A DNA stretch of 64,000 bases from Octopus bimaculoides (taxonomy: Eukaryota): contig NC_068990.1 of NCBI RefSeq assembly GCF_001194135.2, forward strand, positions 5,647,838 to 5,711,837, read 5' to 3'. The notes under the pieces are model-generated. The model was not told the DNA's origin. It saw only the letters and a program-made list of their open reading frames with translations, and ran no database searches. Shown here piece by piece: positions 27,516 through 40,565 of the stretch. The translations under genes were made by a program, and so were the position numbers. The stretch's first letter is position 1. Each line of letters opens with the position of its first letter.

Positions 27516-28249
27516 CATCATCTTCCATAAATGTACTAAACTCGAATGATTCCATACAACGCGCCTTTCTACAAACAATGAAAATAGCAGTGCTTGGTAA
27601 ATTTCCTTGTATGTTTATTAGAATAGCAATAAACTTTCCCATCACCACAATGCTTCTTGGTGACGATGTATTTGAATTGCATTAAAAAGATCTCCATCTT
27701 AGCATAATATACTTTTAAATGTAGTAAATGGGAGATGAACAGAGAGAGTTTTAAATTTCCATTATGCAATAAAACAGCTTTTAAATTTCGTACTGATTAT
27801 TCTATAAAAGTTATCCCCGTTTACTTACAACATCCTTTTCAGATAAACTTGCAAAAATCCTTTTAATGTCATGACAACAATGAGAGAATCATTCACTTTG
27901 AAAGAAACTGCAAAGTCAAAATTTCACTTTGTCTAGCACCTTGCAATTAGATTTTCGTTATGCAACTGGCATTAAAATTAGAGACGAGTTCTACATTATC
28001 TTTTAATGGTTCCAGATCCTTCAGAAAATAATTGACTGTCATCTCATTTCTGGTTCATATTCAGATACCGAGAAATTTTCACAGGCACCGTCAGGTTTGT
28101 ATGTATATATGTATGTGTGTATGTATGTATATATGTATGTATGTATGTATGTATGTAAATATATTTCGTTTTTGTATTTGGTTTCCAAGATTCTTTAAGT
28201 GAATTCGTGTGTTGAAGCATATTTTATTGTGTCTGGGGAGAGTCATTTT

Positions 28250-28357
28250 CTTTTAGTGCCTTATTAATTCAACTCACTCACTCATTTAGTAGAAATAAAT
28301 AAGTAAATGAGTGGAAATCACACTGGTGAGCGTGTTAAATTAATAAGGCACTAAAAG
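28250..28357. repeat. Inverted repeat with arms of about 32 bp
   Basis: cttttagtgccttattaattcaactcactcac versus the reverse complement of gtgagcgtgttaaattaataaggcactaaaag. Confidence 0.85.
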
Positions 28358-29009
28358 CGACACAATAATATATATATATATACATATATATGTATTTATA
28401 TATATTAAGTACAGTAAGATTATCTTACTATGTATTGTTAGAATTAAGTGTTCCTTTAAAAAAAGTATCTAATTGGACTCGCACATTCAATCACTGCTTC
28501 TATTCGTCTCAAAAATAGGCTTAATTACTTTCATCATAACATAGATATGGACGAAGTTGCAAATGCTGATAGTGCTTGTGAGCATTTGTCAGATTCCAAA
28601 TATTAAGCCAGAAGCGAGCATACAGTCACTTATTTTCACGTAAGGACATTTGAACAATTCTTTGCGGGTTTGGATCTGCTAAGAGATAATGCAGTACTCG
28701 CCTCTGATTTTAATACCAACTAAAATCTTACTCGAGTTTCTTAAGAAGGTTGATTATTTCAAAGTGGATGGTCCTTCCTCGGGATTGTCATAACACTAAC
28801 AGCCTTTTGTCAAATTTACCTAGAAGGGTCATATTCTGTTTTCAAACCCCGGTATGGTCAAATTTACCGTTCATCCCTACAAGTCCAGGTGGAATTTCAC
28901 TGACTCAACCCTTTCTCTAAATTTCGGTCTTTGTACCTACGTTAGAAATAATTATAATTCTCCAACACGGCTGCAGCTATGTTATAGGTACAAAAATAAA
29001 AGTGTATGC

Positions 29010-29058
<49 letters not shown>

Positions 29059-29060
29059 TG

Positions 29061-29345
29061 CAGGGTGCCATGGATAGTTTCTAATTTCGCGCGTGCGCAT
29101 GTTTGTTTTGGATTTTGTCGCCTACACCGTATAGTAGGGTCAGTTGGGCACCGTCTGTGAGAAAATCATCACTATAATGCATTTCACTCTGCCATGTACT
29201 GCTTCCCAATCGCGCCAGAACCTCCTATGCAAACATTTCAGAGTGTATGGGTGTCAATCTGAGGACATGTACCGAGAGGGATAAAACTCAAACATCCAGT
29301 CAACATCAAAGTGTTCGGAGTGATCACTAGTGATGGCGCATTACG
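29061..29345 (+). mobile_element. 5' fragment of a Tc1/mariner-superfamily element (maT/DD37D-like), internally deleted
   Basis: Starts CAGGGTG after a TA-rich run; RTSYANISECMGVNLRT (HTH-like) fused to IKLKHPVNIKVFGVITSDG (equivalent of the WVPHEL/HGGGSVMVWG region). Confidence 0.65.
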
Positions 29346-29355
29346 CCTCCCTTCA

Positions 29356-29387
<32 letters not shown>

Positions 29388-29445
29388 CCTCTATCTCTTG
29401 GAGCGTGTCATTTACCTCTCCACTCTATTATACTATATATATAGT

Positions 29446-29447
<2 letters not shown>

Positions 29448-29516
<69 letters not shown>

Positions 29517-29522
29517 GGATTA

Positions 29523-29586
<64 letters not shown>

Positions 29587-29617
29587 ACTATTATTATTAT
29601 TACTATTATCATTATTA
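29448..29617. repeat. Head-to-head (AAT)n / (ATT)n trinucleotide palindrome
   Basis: About 23 AAT units, a ggat spacer, then a longer slightly interrupted ATT tract. Confidence 0.95.
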
Positions 29618-29799
29618 ATGAGTGAGAGAGCAGCGCATGCCATCAATGTGACACTGGGGTAAAATATACGAAGCCCAATATACCCATCATGACTACAGNN
29701 NNNNNNNNNNNNNNNNNNNNNNNNNNNNNNNNNNNNNNNNNNNNNNNNNNNNNNNNNNNNNNNNNNNNNNNNNNNNNNNNATATATATATATATATACG

Positions 29800-29945
29800 G
29801 GAGAATTTACGAAAAAAACAACAGACGAGGACAGGTGGTGTAAACAACAAAAGGATGTATTAGTTTAACGCTCGGGAATAGAGAAAGTCTTTAACGTTCC
29901 GAGCTACGCTCTTCAACAGAAAGAATACGGAGAAAACAAGGAGAA
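29800..29945 (-). mobile_element. Penelope-like terminal repeat segment containing a degenerate hammerhead-like motif
   Basis: Minus strand TCTTT CTGTTGA A GAGC GTA GCTC GGAAC GTT AAAGA; family assignment is from recall of similar termini. Confidence 0.5.
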
Positions 29946-29979
29946 AGACATATATACAGAGAGAGACAGACAGTCAGAC

Positions 29980-30044
<65 letters not shown>

Positions 30045-32836
30045 TTTCCTTGCTACAAAATGGCCTCTCTTCTTCAGAGCTGGCTGGACGCGTACCTCCA
30101 CCACTGAGACGCTCCCAATGTACACGTCTCTGTATTTCTCCTCGGCTTTGTTGCAATCAGCCTTGCTTGTACTTCTTTAACCAATATTCTCATTCCTTCT
30201 TCCTTCAGAACATCCCTCTAGAATCCTCTCCCAGCCCCCGTCTTTCCTGTTTTGTTAACCAACTACTGTATAAATAGAACCTTAACGATATCAAGTTCAC
30301 CAGTCTAGGAGGGTCCGTAAGTATCATTAGTCCTGTACCTTCATCCGAACTCAAAAAGCAAAGAAAGACTGCATTTGAAAATATAGTTCAAAACTGTAAG
30401 TTGAAACAATCATAAAATTACCGGACAGTATTTTTAAAACATCAGAATATGGATTCAAGGTATTCCACTGCTATTTCTAGCACCGACATAAAACTTCCCT
30501 TGCAGCAAAGTGTAAATAATAAGATATATTAATTATCCCGCAATTTACAAACAAAAAAATATTTCACATTTAGAGATAAATAGCATCCGTTAGCGGTTGA
30601 TCAAACATATTGATTTCAAGGAATGATCGAAAGGAAGTTGTGCTGTTCATGTCTTTAATATTTTATTAACAAAGTATGTGAATTAGTTACGCAATAGAAT
30701 CTTTTGCATGGTCTAGGATAAGTAGTTGAATACTTACCATATACGGTCATAGATAAGGCTGCCCTATCCTTAGCATAGTACTCTCAAATACTTACCATCA
30801 TAATATAATACGGTTTACATTTAAAGATAGATTTACTAGAGTAGAATAAATGTTAGTGTCAGAAGATTGTAGTTAACAGTAAGAAAATGCGTAGAAAAAG
30901 TTTGATAAGTTGCCTCAGAAACTGTAGAATGTAGCGTCTGAGGCCTCGTTTTATTTTTAAAATAAAGTAAGGAGAAAGTTGGTGGTTGTTGCTTGGGCCG
31001 AAGACAAGCAGTACTTTTCCCAGATTGCTGGTTTTACTCCATCTAACTGTTAAATGTCTGTTCCATTAATTTTCAGAATTTTCTAAGCGCTACCAAAATA
31101 GATAACTGAATCATAAGAATTCAAGTTGAACAAACTAAGGAAATGACATAAAAATGAACACGTAATAAACGTTAATAGTTACATCTGTCTGTTTTTCTGG
31201 CATTTCTCTTTTCCCTAAGCAACAGCAATCATGTTGCTTTTAAAAGGTATAATACAAGTGAAATGTGTCTGAATCTATAAATCTGTATGAAACCTGTTTA
31301 TGCATTCGGTATTCTACATATAGAACATAAACATTCGTTTCCTAAATTCTCCAAGTTGAACCCATTTAGCAGGTGTTGGAAATAACTAAACATATACACT
31401 TAGAAAGCATTAAGTAAAAGTAGTAATAATAACAATAATAATAAACTTGTTATTGACATTTTGACATTTCCATCCTCATCTTAACTGAATGCAAACTTAG
31501 TTCCAGTTAAAAACCATTCAACTAATGGGATTTTATTTCTTCTGAAATAAGTTATTTACCTCAAGTATGTCCGTATTGATGATCTAATATTACACAGCGT
31601 CGGTTTTACTTTGCTAATGCGTTCTATAGTGAAGATACAGGGAACGGAAATAACGAAACATCGTAATACTCGTAGAGAAGAGAAATCATTTTTTTTTATT
31701 CTCTCTTTATCATTTCAGTAAAATTGTTTATATGTTAGTGAAAAAATACTTATTTGGAACTAAACGAAGGAATGAAGAATAGGTATTATTTCTTTTTGTT
31801 CTGCTTTTTCTCCCTTTTAGCATATACAGTACATTGTAAGAGTTTTAAAACATTATTCATTCTAAAAATCTTGTAAATTTTACTAGCATTTTGCACATTT
31901 AAATAAATTCAATCCAGTTTAACACTGCTTTGTCCAGTGTGAAAAAAAAAAAAGAAAAAAAAAAATTGGACACTATTTTATCTTCTACTTAAAAACTGAT
32001 TATCTTTCACAAATCTAGTCATTATTTTCATTTTATGGACAGATGTATGCTACAGCATATTTAACGTAAAATTTGCTTCTTTTTTAAAAAATAAACTAAT
32101 ATCACGCTGTTTATGGGTGATTTTTATGTTTGAAACAAAATCTTAACTTGATATCAAATCTGTGTTAATGTATCAGCACATTTTTGACCTTGTGTTGATC
32201 AGCCATTTAAACAAAAATTGAATATTATAGTGTTAGGTTTACCTAGACATCTCAAATTTCCATTAAATGTTGTGTTTTATACCGAGTTTCTTTTCACATA
32301 AACATTTGTCAAAGGATGTATTTTATATACTGGATTATTTCGTGCGTATATTTTCTCTTTACTGTATATGTTATAGAATATTCCACAAATTTTTAAAAGC
32401 GGTGAATATAAGATCATTGAATGTTTCAAATAAAAAGACAAAACGTTTTACTTAATATTAAATCTTAATCGGCTTCTTTCTCTTTTTTTTTTGCCTTCAA
32501 AAGAATTACTTCAAGCTATTGACTACCGACATTTTCACACCGTTTCAAACTAAACAGTAATGTGTGATGTATGAATGCTTTGGAGAAAAGCTGCTACGTG
32601 AGATCGAACTCTTGATTGCGCCACCTCGTTTTATTCGCCATTGTGCTTGTAATTTCTTTTGTTTTGTCCAAAATTCTAACAAGTACAGAAAATACTGGTT
32701 GTAGGATGCCTGATCAGATATATGATATACAAAGATGTTGGTATTTTTCGAAGGGCTGGTAAAGTCTCAGCGACTGACCATGCCTGAATTAATTTGTAAT
32801 TCTAAAGAAGAAAAGCCAATTGTAAATAGTTTTCAC

Positions 32837-32895
32837 AATGCCTATGTGTGATGTTGCCAGGGTTGCTTTTCAGTGGTCTTGAGGCCTGACATGTA
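32837..32895 (-). CDS. Candidate exon completing the RRM-like beta4 strand
   Basis: Acceptor tctatttatgttcag|, phase 2, continuing ..LQIQR(I)TCQASRPLKSNPGNITHRH; donor (gtgaaa) uncertain. Confidence 0.3.
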
Positions 32896-33812
32896 CTGAA
32901 CATAAATAGAACAGGTATAGTGAAAAAGCGTCACCTTCATATGAGGTGTTTAGGATAAACATGGATGATATTTTGTGCTGTAAAGAAGATTTTAGTATAG
33001 TATACTTCGTACAATATGATTTTCACAACTGTTCCTATCAGTTTTAAGATGCTGAAATAAATCAAGTCTGTCTGGGCGGAGTAAGGTGGAGTAGTTAGTA
33101 TAAATGTAGAAGTAAACGTCCATAAAGAAATTTTAACGATCTTCTACAACTGCACGTCTGATGTTGACGGTGCCATCTTTTTGCTTGTATGCATATATGT
33201 ATATATGTATTTATGTTTGTATGTGCGTCGCGCGTGTGCGCGTGTGCGTGCGTGCGTGTGTGTATGTGTGTGTGTGTTTGCATGCATGCATGCATGCATG
33301 TATGAAATACACAGTGTGTTTATAATAAAGTGATTCAAATATTTTAATATCTTTATTATTCTTAGGCGTTATTCATAGATTTCACGAACGGGAAACAACG
33401 AAGAAACGAGACTAGATTGTCCATTTTCACTTGAAAACTTAGTAGACTGAGTACAGATATAAATTTCATTGAACGCATAAAAACATGGACGTTTATTATC
33501 TCAACAGAAAAAGTAGAATAATTGTTAAAGTTACATGTAGTCGATGCAATTAGACTCACGTTACCAAACAATATAAAGTGAATTCAAAACTTAATTGAAA
33601 ATAGTATTATTCTCTTAGGCAATAGATACCTCCATTATTATTGTTGAATGCCAAATGAAACAAGGAGAGTGTTTCTTAACTAAACTATGTCTCCGAGTTG
33701 AAACAACCAAAAAAATAGAGATACTAAATGAAGTGCAAAACACACTGCAATGAAAATATGGCTGCATCACTTTTTTTTTCAGTGTATTAAACAGTTGACA
33801 AAATATTTATTA

Positions 33813-34215
33813 TGCCGTGTGGTAAGAAGCTTGCTTCCCAACCACATGATTCTGGGTTCAATCACACTGCATGATACCTGGGGCAATGTTTTCTACTATA
33901 ACCTCGAGCCGACCAAATCATTTTGAGTGGATTTGGTGGACGAAAACTGAAAGAAGTTCGTGTATGTGTGTGTGTACGTGTCTGAGTGTGTGGGTGTGTC
34001 TTTGTGCCTGTGTTTGTCCCTCACCGTCGCTTGACAGCCGGTATTAGTGTGTTTACGTTCTCCTATTCTAGCGGTTCAGCAAAGAGATCAATTAACTTAG
34101 TACCACACTTAAAAGAAAAGGAAAAAGTACTTGAATCGATTCATTCGTCTAAAAATGCTTTACGACGGTGCTCCAGCATGGCCGCAGTCTTCTGACAGAA
34201 ACAAGTAAGAGACAA
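33813..34215 (+). mobile_element. tRNA-derived SINE family B (octopus OR-like), full length, with an internal (GT)-type microsatellite
   Basis: Head gtgtggtaagaagcttgcttcccaaccacatg..gggttca; body ccgacc..gagtggatttgg..aaactgaaagaag; tail ggtgctccagcatggccgcagtc..gaaacaagtaa. Confidence 0.85.
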
Positions 34216-34706
34216 AAGGTAAAAGAAATGCAAACATATTACAAGACATTAATATACTCTCTGCCTTAACCCAGCCAATCATTTGCTTGCAACTTCCTGC
34301 TATCGCCTTGAATCTCATTATATCATTAGAGATATCATTTTCTATATTTTAAACACTATAGAGGAATACTTCAAATTACGTCGCTAATTTACTCCAAGAC
34401 ATGCGATTTATCTCGAAATATGACGTAACATAAATAAGCATTTTAAAAACGCTGTTAGGTTATAACTATTTGGATAAATTATTTGTACATATTTTCACAC
34501 GTATTTTATTCGATTTTCCGCATCGTATCAGTCTTTAGGAAGTATTTTCGCTGAGAACGACGTAATGTCGGATAAATTAACTGAAGTTGATGCTTAACTT
34601 TTTGTTTTAATTTCTTAAAAAACGAAGCAAATTCGGAAAAGACGTAAATAGAAACGGCATAAGTTTAGGTATGCCTGTATTATGAATATGCGTTTGTATA
34701 TTTTAC

Positions 34707-34853
34707 ATTCGTTGTATTTGTAAAAATTGAAAAGAATCCATGAAGCTCGTAGGCTCATTGAGACTGGAGTATAATAGTAATCCCTTAGCCACGTCACCAA
34801 AATCTCCACCACGATTACCACAGAACACTTCAATAAATTTGACTGAATTGTCA
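34707..34853 (-). CDS. Internal coding exon; second half of the RRM-like domain
   Basis: Acceptor tttgctacgttttcag| and donor |gtaaaa; 147 nt, phase 2 to 2, open: (C)DNSVKFIEVFCGNRGGDFGDVAKGLLLYSSLNEPTSFMDSFQFLQIQR. Not in the ORF track because this frame has no start codon. Confidence 0.7.
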
Positions 34854-35099
34854 CTGAAAACGTAGCAAATTCTATTGCTTCCCTCAGAATAGGAAACCTA
34901 ATATGCATTGGTTTAATTGACATACAGTTCAAATGTTAAACACTACAGAAGTTTCAACTTTACGCATCTTCGTGTAATTAATTAGACTAAGGTAATTCAT
35001 TGAAATTATATAGGCAAACACACAAAGACACACTCATCTATTTGTCTGTCTCTCTATCATTTGTCTGTCTGTCAATCTATCCATCTATATGTCTATCTA

Positions 35100-35152
<53 letters not shown>

Positions 35153-35153
35153 C

Positions 35154-35184
<31 letters not shown>

Positions 35185-35339
35185 GTTTGCCTGTTTCTCT
35201 TTATCTGAAGATTTTCCTTATATGTCTGACTTCTATTCATTGTTAATGAAAAGTGTGTGAGATAATGTTTTGTTTTGTGTGTGTTTGTGTGTGTGTGTGT
35301 GTGTGTGTNNNNNNNNNNATGTGTGTGTCTATGTATGTA

Positions 35340-35481
35340 CGTATGTATGTATGTAGGTTGGTAGGTAAGTAGGTAGGTAGGTAGGTAGGTAGGTAGGTAG
35401 GTAGGTACGTACGTACGTAGGTAGGTAGGTAGGTAGGTAGGTAGGTAAGTAGGTAGGTAGGTAGGTAGGTAGGTAGGTAGG
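35340..35481. repeat. (TATG)/(TAGG)/(TACG) tetranucleotide block
   Basis: Direct reading of the sequence. Confidence 0.95.
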
Positions 35482-36593
35482 TGTTTGGGTATGTAGGCGC
35501 AGTATGGCCGAATAGTTAAAATACAGATTGCAATAATGAGAACTCTAGTTCGATCTCATTGCATCTTGGACAATTTTCATTTTCACTTTCTATCTATCCG
35601 TGGCTAAAGAATATGTTTACACATTAAATCAATGAACTTCATAGATCAGTTTGATCGAACAGCTGAAAACTAATGGTCAAAAACTCTTCCCATGATCCAT
35701 TATTGACTATGTGTGTATGCTTGTGCGTCGATGTGCGTGAGTGTGTGGTTGAGTACGTATGTACAATTTTGTTTGTATGTTAATATGTCTGCCTGTGGAA
35801 TGTATGTCTGTCTGTAGGTGTGAGTGTGAGGGTGAGTGTATGTGTTTGTATCTGTTTTTTATGCATTTCCAGGACGAATATCTGTTTACATGGATAATTT
35901 ATGTTTTACTGTATGTAGCATATTGATTTTATACTATTAGACATGATAACTGATAAGGCATCGTAAAATTAGATACCACTTCACTAGATATCCTGTTTAA
36001 ATATTGGTTTGAAGAAATGGCGTTCAGTATTGATAACATCAAAATCTTAAAATTACAAAATGTTTGTTTGTCATTTTTCATGGTTATAAATATTATATAT
36101 ATAAAATTTCATTATATGTTAAATTAATGCATATATAAAAGCCCTAAGCTGTATTTATAGTAGTTTCTGTTTTGAAAGACAATTTGCATGATATGGAGGC
36201 AAATATATCACAGTGACGAGACATTATCATAGATATGACATGATTATCTTAACGCAAGTAGACAAACACACACAGAGATATCTACACACACAAACATGCA
36301 CAAACGAATATATATGCACACATAATAAACATATAAACACCATCCAACGAAGGTGCCTATACTTTGTCGTTCAATGTGATAGCTATACCAGTCAACTATG
36401 TTTCTTTATTACAGGCATGTAGCCTTAACAAAGAGAGGACAATAGAAGGGCAGACAGCAGAAAACGTGGGGTACATATAACGAATGATGTTTGTGAAATG
36501 ACAGATTAAATGAAAAGATGGAATGAAAAACGACCCCCCCCCCAAGCTCGCAGTTCCATTTTACTGTTCTTTTATAGTTTCGCATCGTTTTAC

Positions 36594-36747
36594 CATTCGT
36601 CCGTTATATATTCAATCAGATCCTCTCTCCCAATCACACTGGGCAGATTCTCAAATCGAACATATATTTGCGTAAAACTAATTAATTCAGGAAATGAGCC
36701 ACACAGTCTTTCTATCTTTTGTCTCTCCAACAACACCGTTTTCTCAT
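36594..36747 (-). CDS. Internal coding exon of an unidentified gene; first half of an RRM-like domain
   Basis: Acceptor tttctctaattctttgcttgaaccag| and donor |gtaaaa; 154 nt, phase 1 to 2, open: (x)EKTVLLERQKIERLCGSFPELISFTQIYVRFENLPSVIGREDLIEYITDE. IYVRFENLP..IGREDL resembles the RRM beta1/RNP2-alpha1 pattern. Joins in frame to 34707-34853. Confidence 0.7.
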
Positions 36748-37688
36748 CTGGTTCAAGCAAAGAATTAGAGAAATGCAAATGTTTTCGCCGCAAAAATTTA
36801 CGTTCCAAATTTTGTCCCCTACATCAACCATTGTTGTTTGATACTACAGAAATTGCTTTTGGACTCTCTAAAAACAGGAGTAACTCTAATTTTATTAAAC
36901 GCAAACAAACCAAAACAGCTTTTGAAGAGCGATTTCCTTAGACAATGTATAAATTTAGTTGTTTCTTTATGACACCTGCTACAATAAAAGAAATACAATC
37001 AAATGATATAAAACTTTTAAGGAAAGAGGTTCCTGGTGTTTGTACAGTAGTCAAATGTGCTCTAGAAACTAGCTGGTGACTCTTCAGACATGTGAATAGA
37101 TACTGGAAATTTTCCAAAATTTTAAAAATATAGTAATAATAATAATGATGATAATAATAATAATAAAAATAATAATGATAATAATAATATTAATAATAAT
37201 GATAATAATGGAAAACACAATAATAACCAACAGAATAAACAGGAAGACATCAGTTTTTTTTTGTTTTCATCGCATGTGTTACAGCCTTTAACTCAATAAT
37301 GATATCGAAAGAATTTTAGCAAGCGAAAGAAAACAAATAACAAAAAAATATATATGAATGCTTTTAAGAAAAGAGAGACAGAAAGAGTAAATGTATGTGT
37401 GCAAGAATGATATGATGGAGAAAATAAAATTATGCAAGGGAGAAGATATGTGTGTGCGTGTGTGTGTGTGTGTCTGTGTGTGTGCCTTTATACGTTTATA
37501 TGCAGATACCTACATATATAAGTGTATATATATATATATATATATATTGTTACGTTTTGAGATGGTCATTTTGTCATTTTGTTTTTGCTAAACACCTGCA
37601 CAATATATACTCGTTCTCTTGCAACTGAAATTCATAAACGTATATATATATATATATATATATATTCATAGATACTTATATATGCTCA

Positions 37689-37739
<51 letters not shown>

Positions 37740-39498
37740 ATGTATGTATGTATATATGCATCTATGTATCTATTTATATACATTATGTACATCTTATCTC
37801 TACTTTTTCAGTCTGCTGCTCAATGGGACTGAATGCAGTACCATGTGGCTGCAAGGCGAACTTCTGAATAGCACAGCCATGTCTGTGTCTATATACATTC
37901 ACATGTATGTGTATGTATGTATGTATGCATATGTCAAAGAAACTGCTCAGGTATTTGAGAAAGATGAATATGTATATATGAGTATATATCTATATATTTG
38001 AGCATATATATCTATGTATACATGCGTTGAAAATATTGCATATAAGTCTGAGAAGGAAAAGAAAAAAATTGTTGCATTTGAGGTTGTATGTGTATATTTG
38101 TGAGTATTAGTGAGTATGTATGTATATACGTATATGTTTGTCAGTTCTAAGACTATGTGTATGATTTTAAAAGAGATATAGATGAGGGTGAGATCTAGAG
38201 CATGAGTGAAAAAGATATATATACGAGAAAAAATATGTATATATGACCGTGCCTTAAACGATGCGAGGAGATGATTGTTGTGAGAACTGTTTGTATGTGT
38301 GATAAAGGTATCAGTAGAAAGAGGGGGATAGACAGACACAGAGAGTGTGAGAGAGAGAGAGAGATTGAGAGAGGTGGCAGCCCGCGATGATAGGCAAAAA
38401 CAGTGAGAGTGAAGACCGACAAGAAAATATTGAAGAATAAGTCTAAAATTTACCCAGTGAAATAATATTGCTTAAAATAGGAAAGAAAGAGTTGTTTCTG
38501 ACACTTTTGATCTTACCGATCATATATTATGACTGGTCTTAGTGGCCGGATACCAGAAATAACGGCTTCCCTGTCGGATTTTAATAGTTTTGTTTTCGTT
38601 TTTTTCTTTCTCTTTTTGCAGAAAAAACACCATTTAATTTGATGATTGTCTGAATGGTTGCCATTGCTTGAATGTAATTGAACGCAGGGCTTCTCTCCCC
38701 ACAATCCCTCTCCTATCTCTCTCATTCACTCTTTCTTTTACATCTCTTCCTCTCTAATTCCCAATAGCTGCTTTTAGCTTTATCTTGTCTTCCTTCCCCC
38801 CTCTCTCTCTTTCTCTCTATCTTTCTCTCTCTCATTTTCTCTCTTTCCCTCTCGATTTATCTCAACAATGGACACACTAACAATCTTTTGACTGAAGCAA
38901 TCTTATTTTGTTTAAAATATGTATTGAATAAAAAGCAGGAAGTTTTTATTTATAGAAAATATTCGATTCACAAACGCTATTTTGTGTTTTTCACATATTT
39001 TTATGCAAAGTCAAATTCTTTATAAATGTACCGCGCGCGCATGTGTGTGTGCATTATATATCTATATCTATCTATCAAAATATGAATATATATATATATA
39101 TATATACAAACACATGCTCGCACACACACATATTCACACTTGAAACAGCATTACATCAGAACACAGTATATATTACTTATAATGTAGATACAAAAGCAGA
39201 CTAGTGCTAACTAAAATATTTAATCTCAGAGAAACTTGTCTGTTAAGAAACAAAACAAAAGTCTTTTTGAAAACATTTTTTCTGAAACAAAAATATTATG
39301 TCTAGCGCCCTTATAAATTTGTATATACGTACATCATAAATGCAATAAATATCGTTTTAAATATATTTACAGACATGACAGAAGTAAATAGACACCTCAT
39401 AAAACATCGTTTTGGGTTTATTCTAATTTGTAAAGGTTTATATTTTTCTCTTATTTGACATTTTTATGTTTCAGGCTCTATATGAGACTGTTTAATCA

Positions 39499-40335
39499 TG
39501 CCATATACGAAAGAAAACTTGGAACTGTAGGAATTTCAGAGAGGCCATATCGTGGGTCAATCCGGGTTCCTGCCTTCTACAGATAATAGAGTGATTGTTC
39601 AATTCATCAGAGAGGGGAAGGAGTCCGCATCAGCTTGCCCAGGTTGACCAGGGCGCTCTGGTTAAGGGAAGTGTGCAGGATAATCCTTGTTGCAAGGCCT
39701 TTAACATAGCAGAACAAGTTGATGTCAGTCCCAGAACAGCTGTCAGGTATCTCCACAAACTTGGTTCCTATGGCAGAGCAGCAAGGAAGCCACTTCGTTA
39801 ACCAACCAATATCAAGCGGAGAAAAGTTTGGGCCAGTGAGATAGTGGAGAGGCCACTAGCATTTTGGGATTCTGTCATATTCTCTATTGAGTCCAGATTT
39901 GCTGCATTTTCTGACAGTGTTCGAGTGTGGAGCTGGAGACTCTGTGATCAAAACTTAAAAGATTACAGCGAACAATGAAGCATAGCAGCTATTCCGTGAT
40001 GGTCTGCAGAGCAATTTGGAGCAAAGGTCGATCAAAGCTGGTGGAGTGTGAGGGAAACATAAACTCATATAAATATATGTCCATATTGCAGAAAGGACTC
40101 CTGATCTTCTCCAGTGGTGAAATGATTAAAGAAGACTCCTTATTTATGGAAGATAGAGCTCTTTGTCACATGGCTAAAATGATTTGTTGGAAGAGAATGG
40201 CATTAAAAATCTTCCATGGCCAAGTCAGTCACCAAATATGTACCCTAGTGAACACTTCTGGGGCATAATGGACGGGACACTTCATAAAAAGAACAAGAAA
40301 GCATCTTCAAAGCCAGATCTTGCCAGGCGTTTCTC
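39499..40335 (+). pseudogene. Degenerate Tc1-family (DD34E) transposase
   Basis: Broken frames give MPYTKENLEL*EFQRGHIVG (N-terminal HTH), IFSIESRF (from FSDESKF), HSSYSVMVCRAIWSKG (from HGGGSVMVWG), FMEDRALCH (from FQQDNAPCH) and WPSQSPNMYPSEHFW (from WPSQSPDLNPIENLW). 3' end truncated. Confidence 0.9.
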
Positions 40336-40487
40336 TGATCCTAATTTTAAAAATGTCGCTTTTGTTTTACTGTGGAAGTCTTTTCTTATCGTTATTATGT
40401 TAGACTCTGCTACACACGAGTGAGGAAAAATTAAAATAATCTGTTTAACATTTTATTTGATGCTTTTCACTTGCAGATCCTACTTAC

Positions 40488-40565
40488 AGAAAGAATAAAG
40501 CTTAAATCGCATGATTTCAAAGCTGAAGTCGACTAAATGACGCGCGAACACTAACAGACTTGAGG
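40488..40565 (-). CDS. Internal coding exon upstream of the RRM-like exons
   Basis: Acceptor atttgtttttaag| and consensus donor |gtaagt; 78 nt, phase 1 to 1, open: SSLLVFARHLVDFSFEIMRFKLYSF. Joins in frame to 36747 (T+AT = Tyr). Confidence 0.5.

Noticed and set aside
32802-32804. TAG between two open stretches in the same minus-strand frame, as a possible edited stop
   Set aside because: The TAG ends a good polypyrimidine tract (ggcttttcttctttag) and is more simply a splice acceptor.
36510-36941. 143-aa plus-strand ORF, the longest non-repeat ORF in the track
   Set aside because: It is the antisense shadow of the minus-strand exon 36594-36747 (third codon positions aligned), and it has no recognisable motif or convincing splice sites.
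38622-38673. Plus-strand segment with a strong acceptor and gtaatt donor
   Set aside because: All three frames contain stops and no partner exon was identified; it could only be non-coding, and evidence is lacking.
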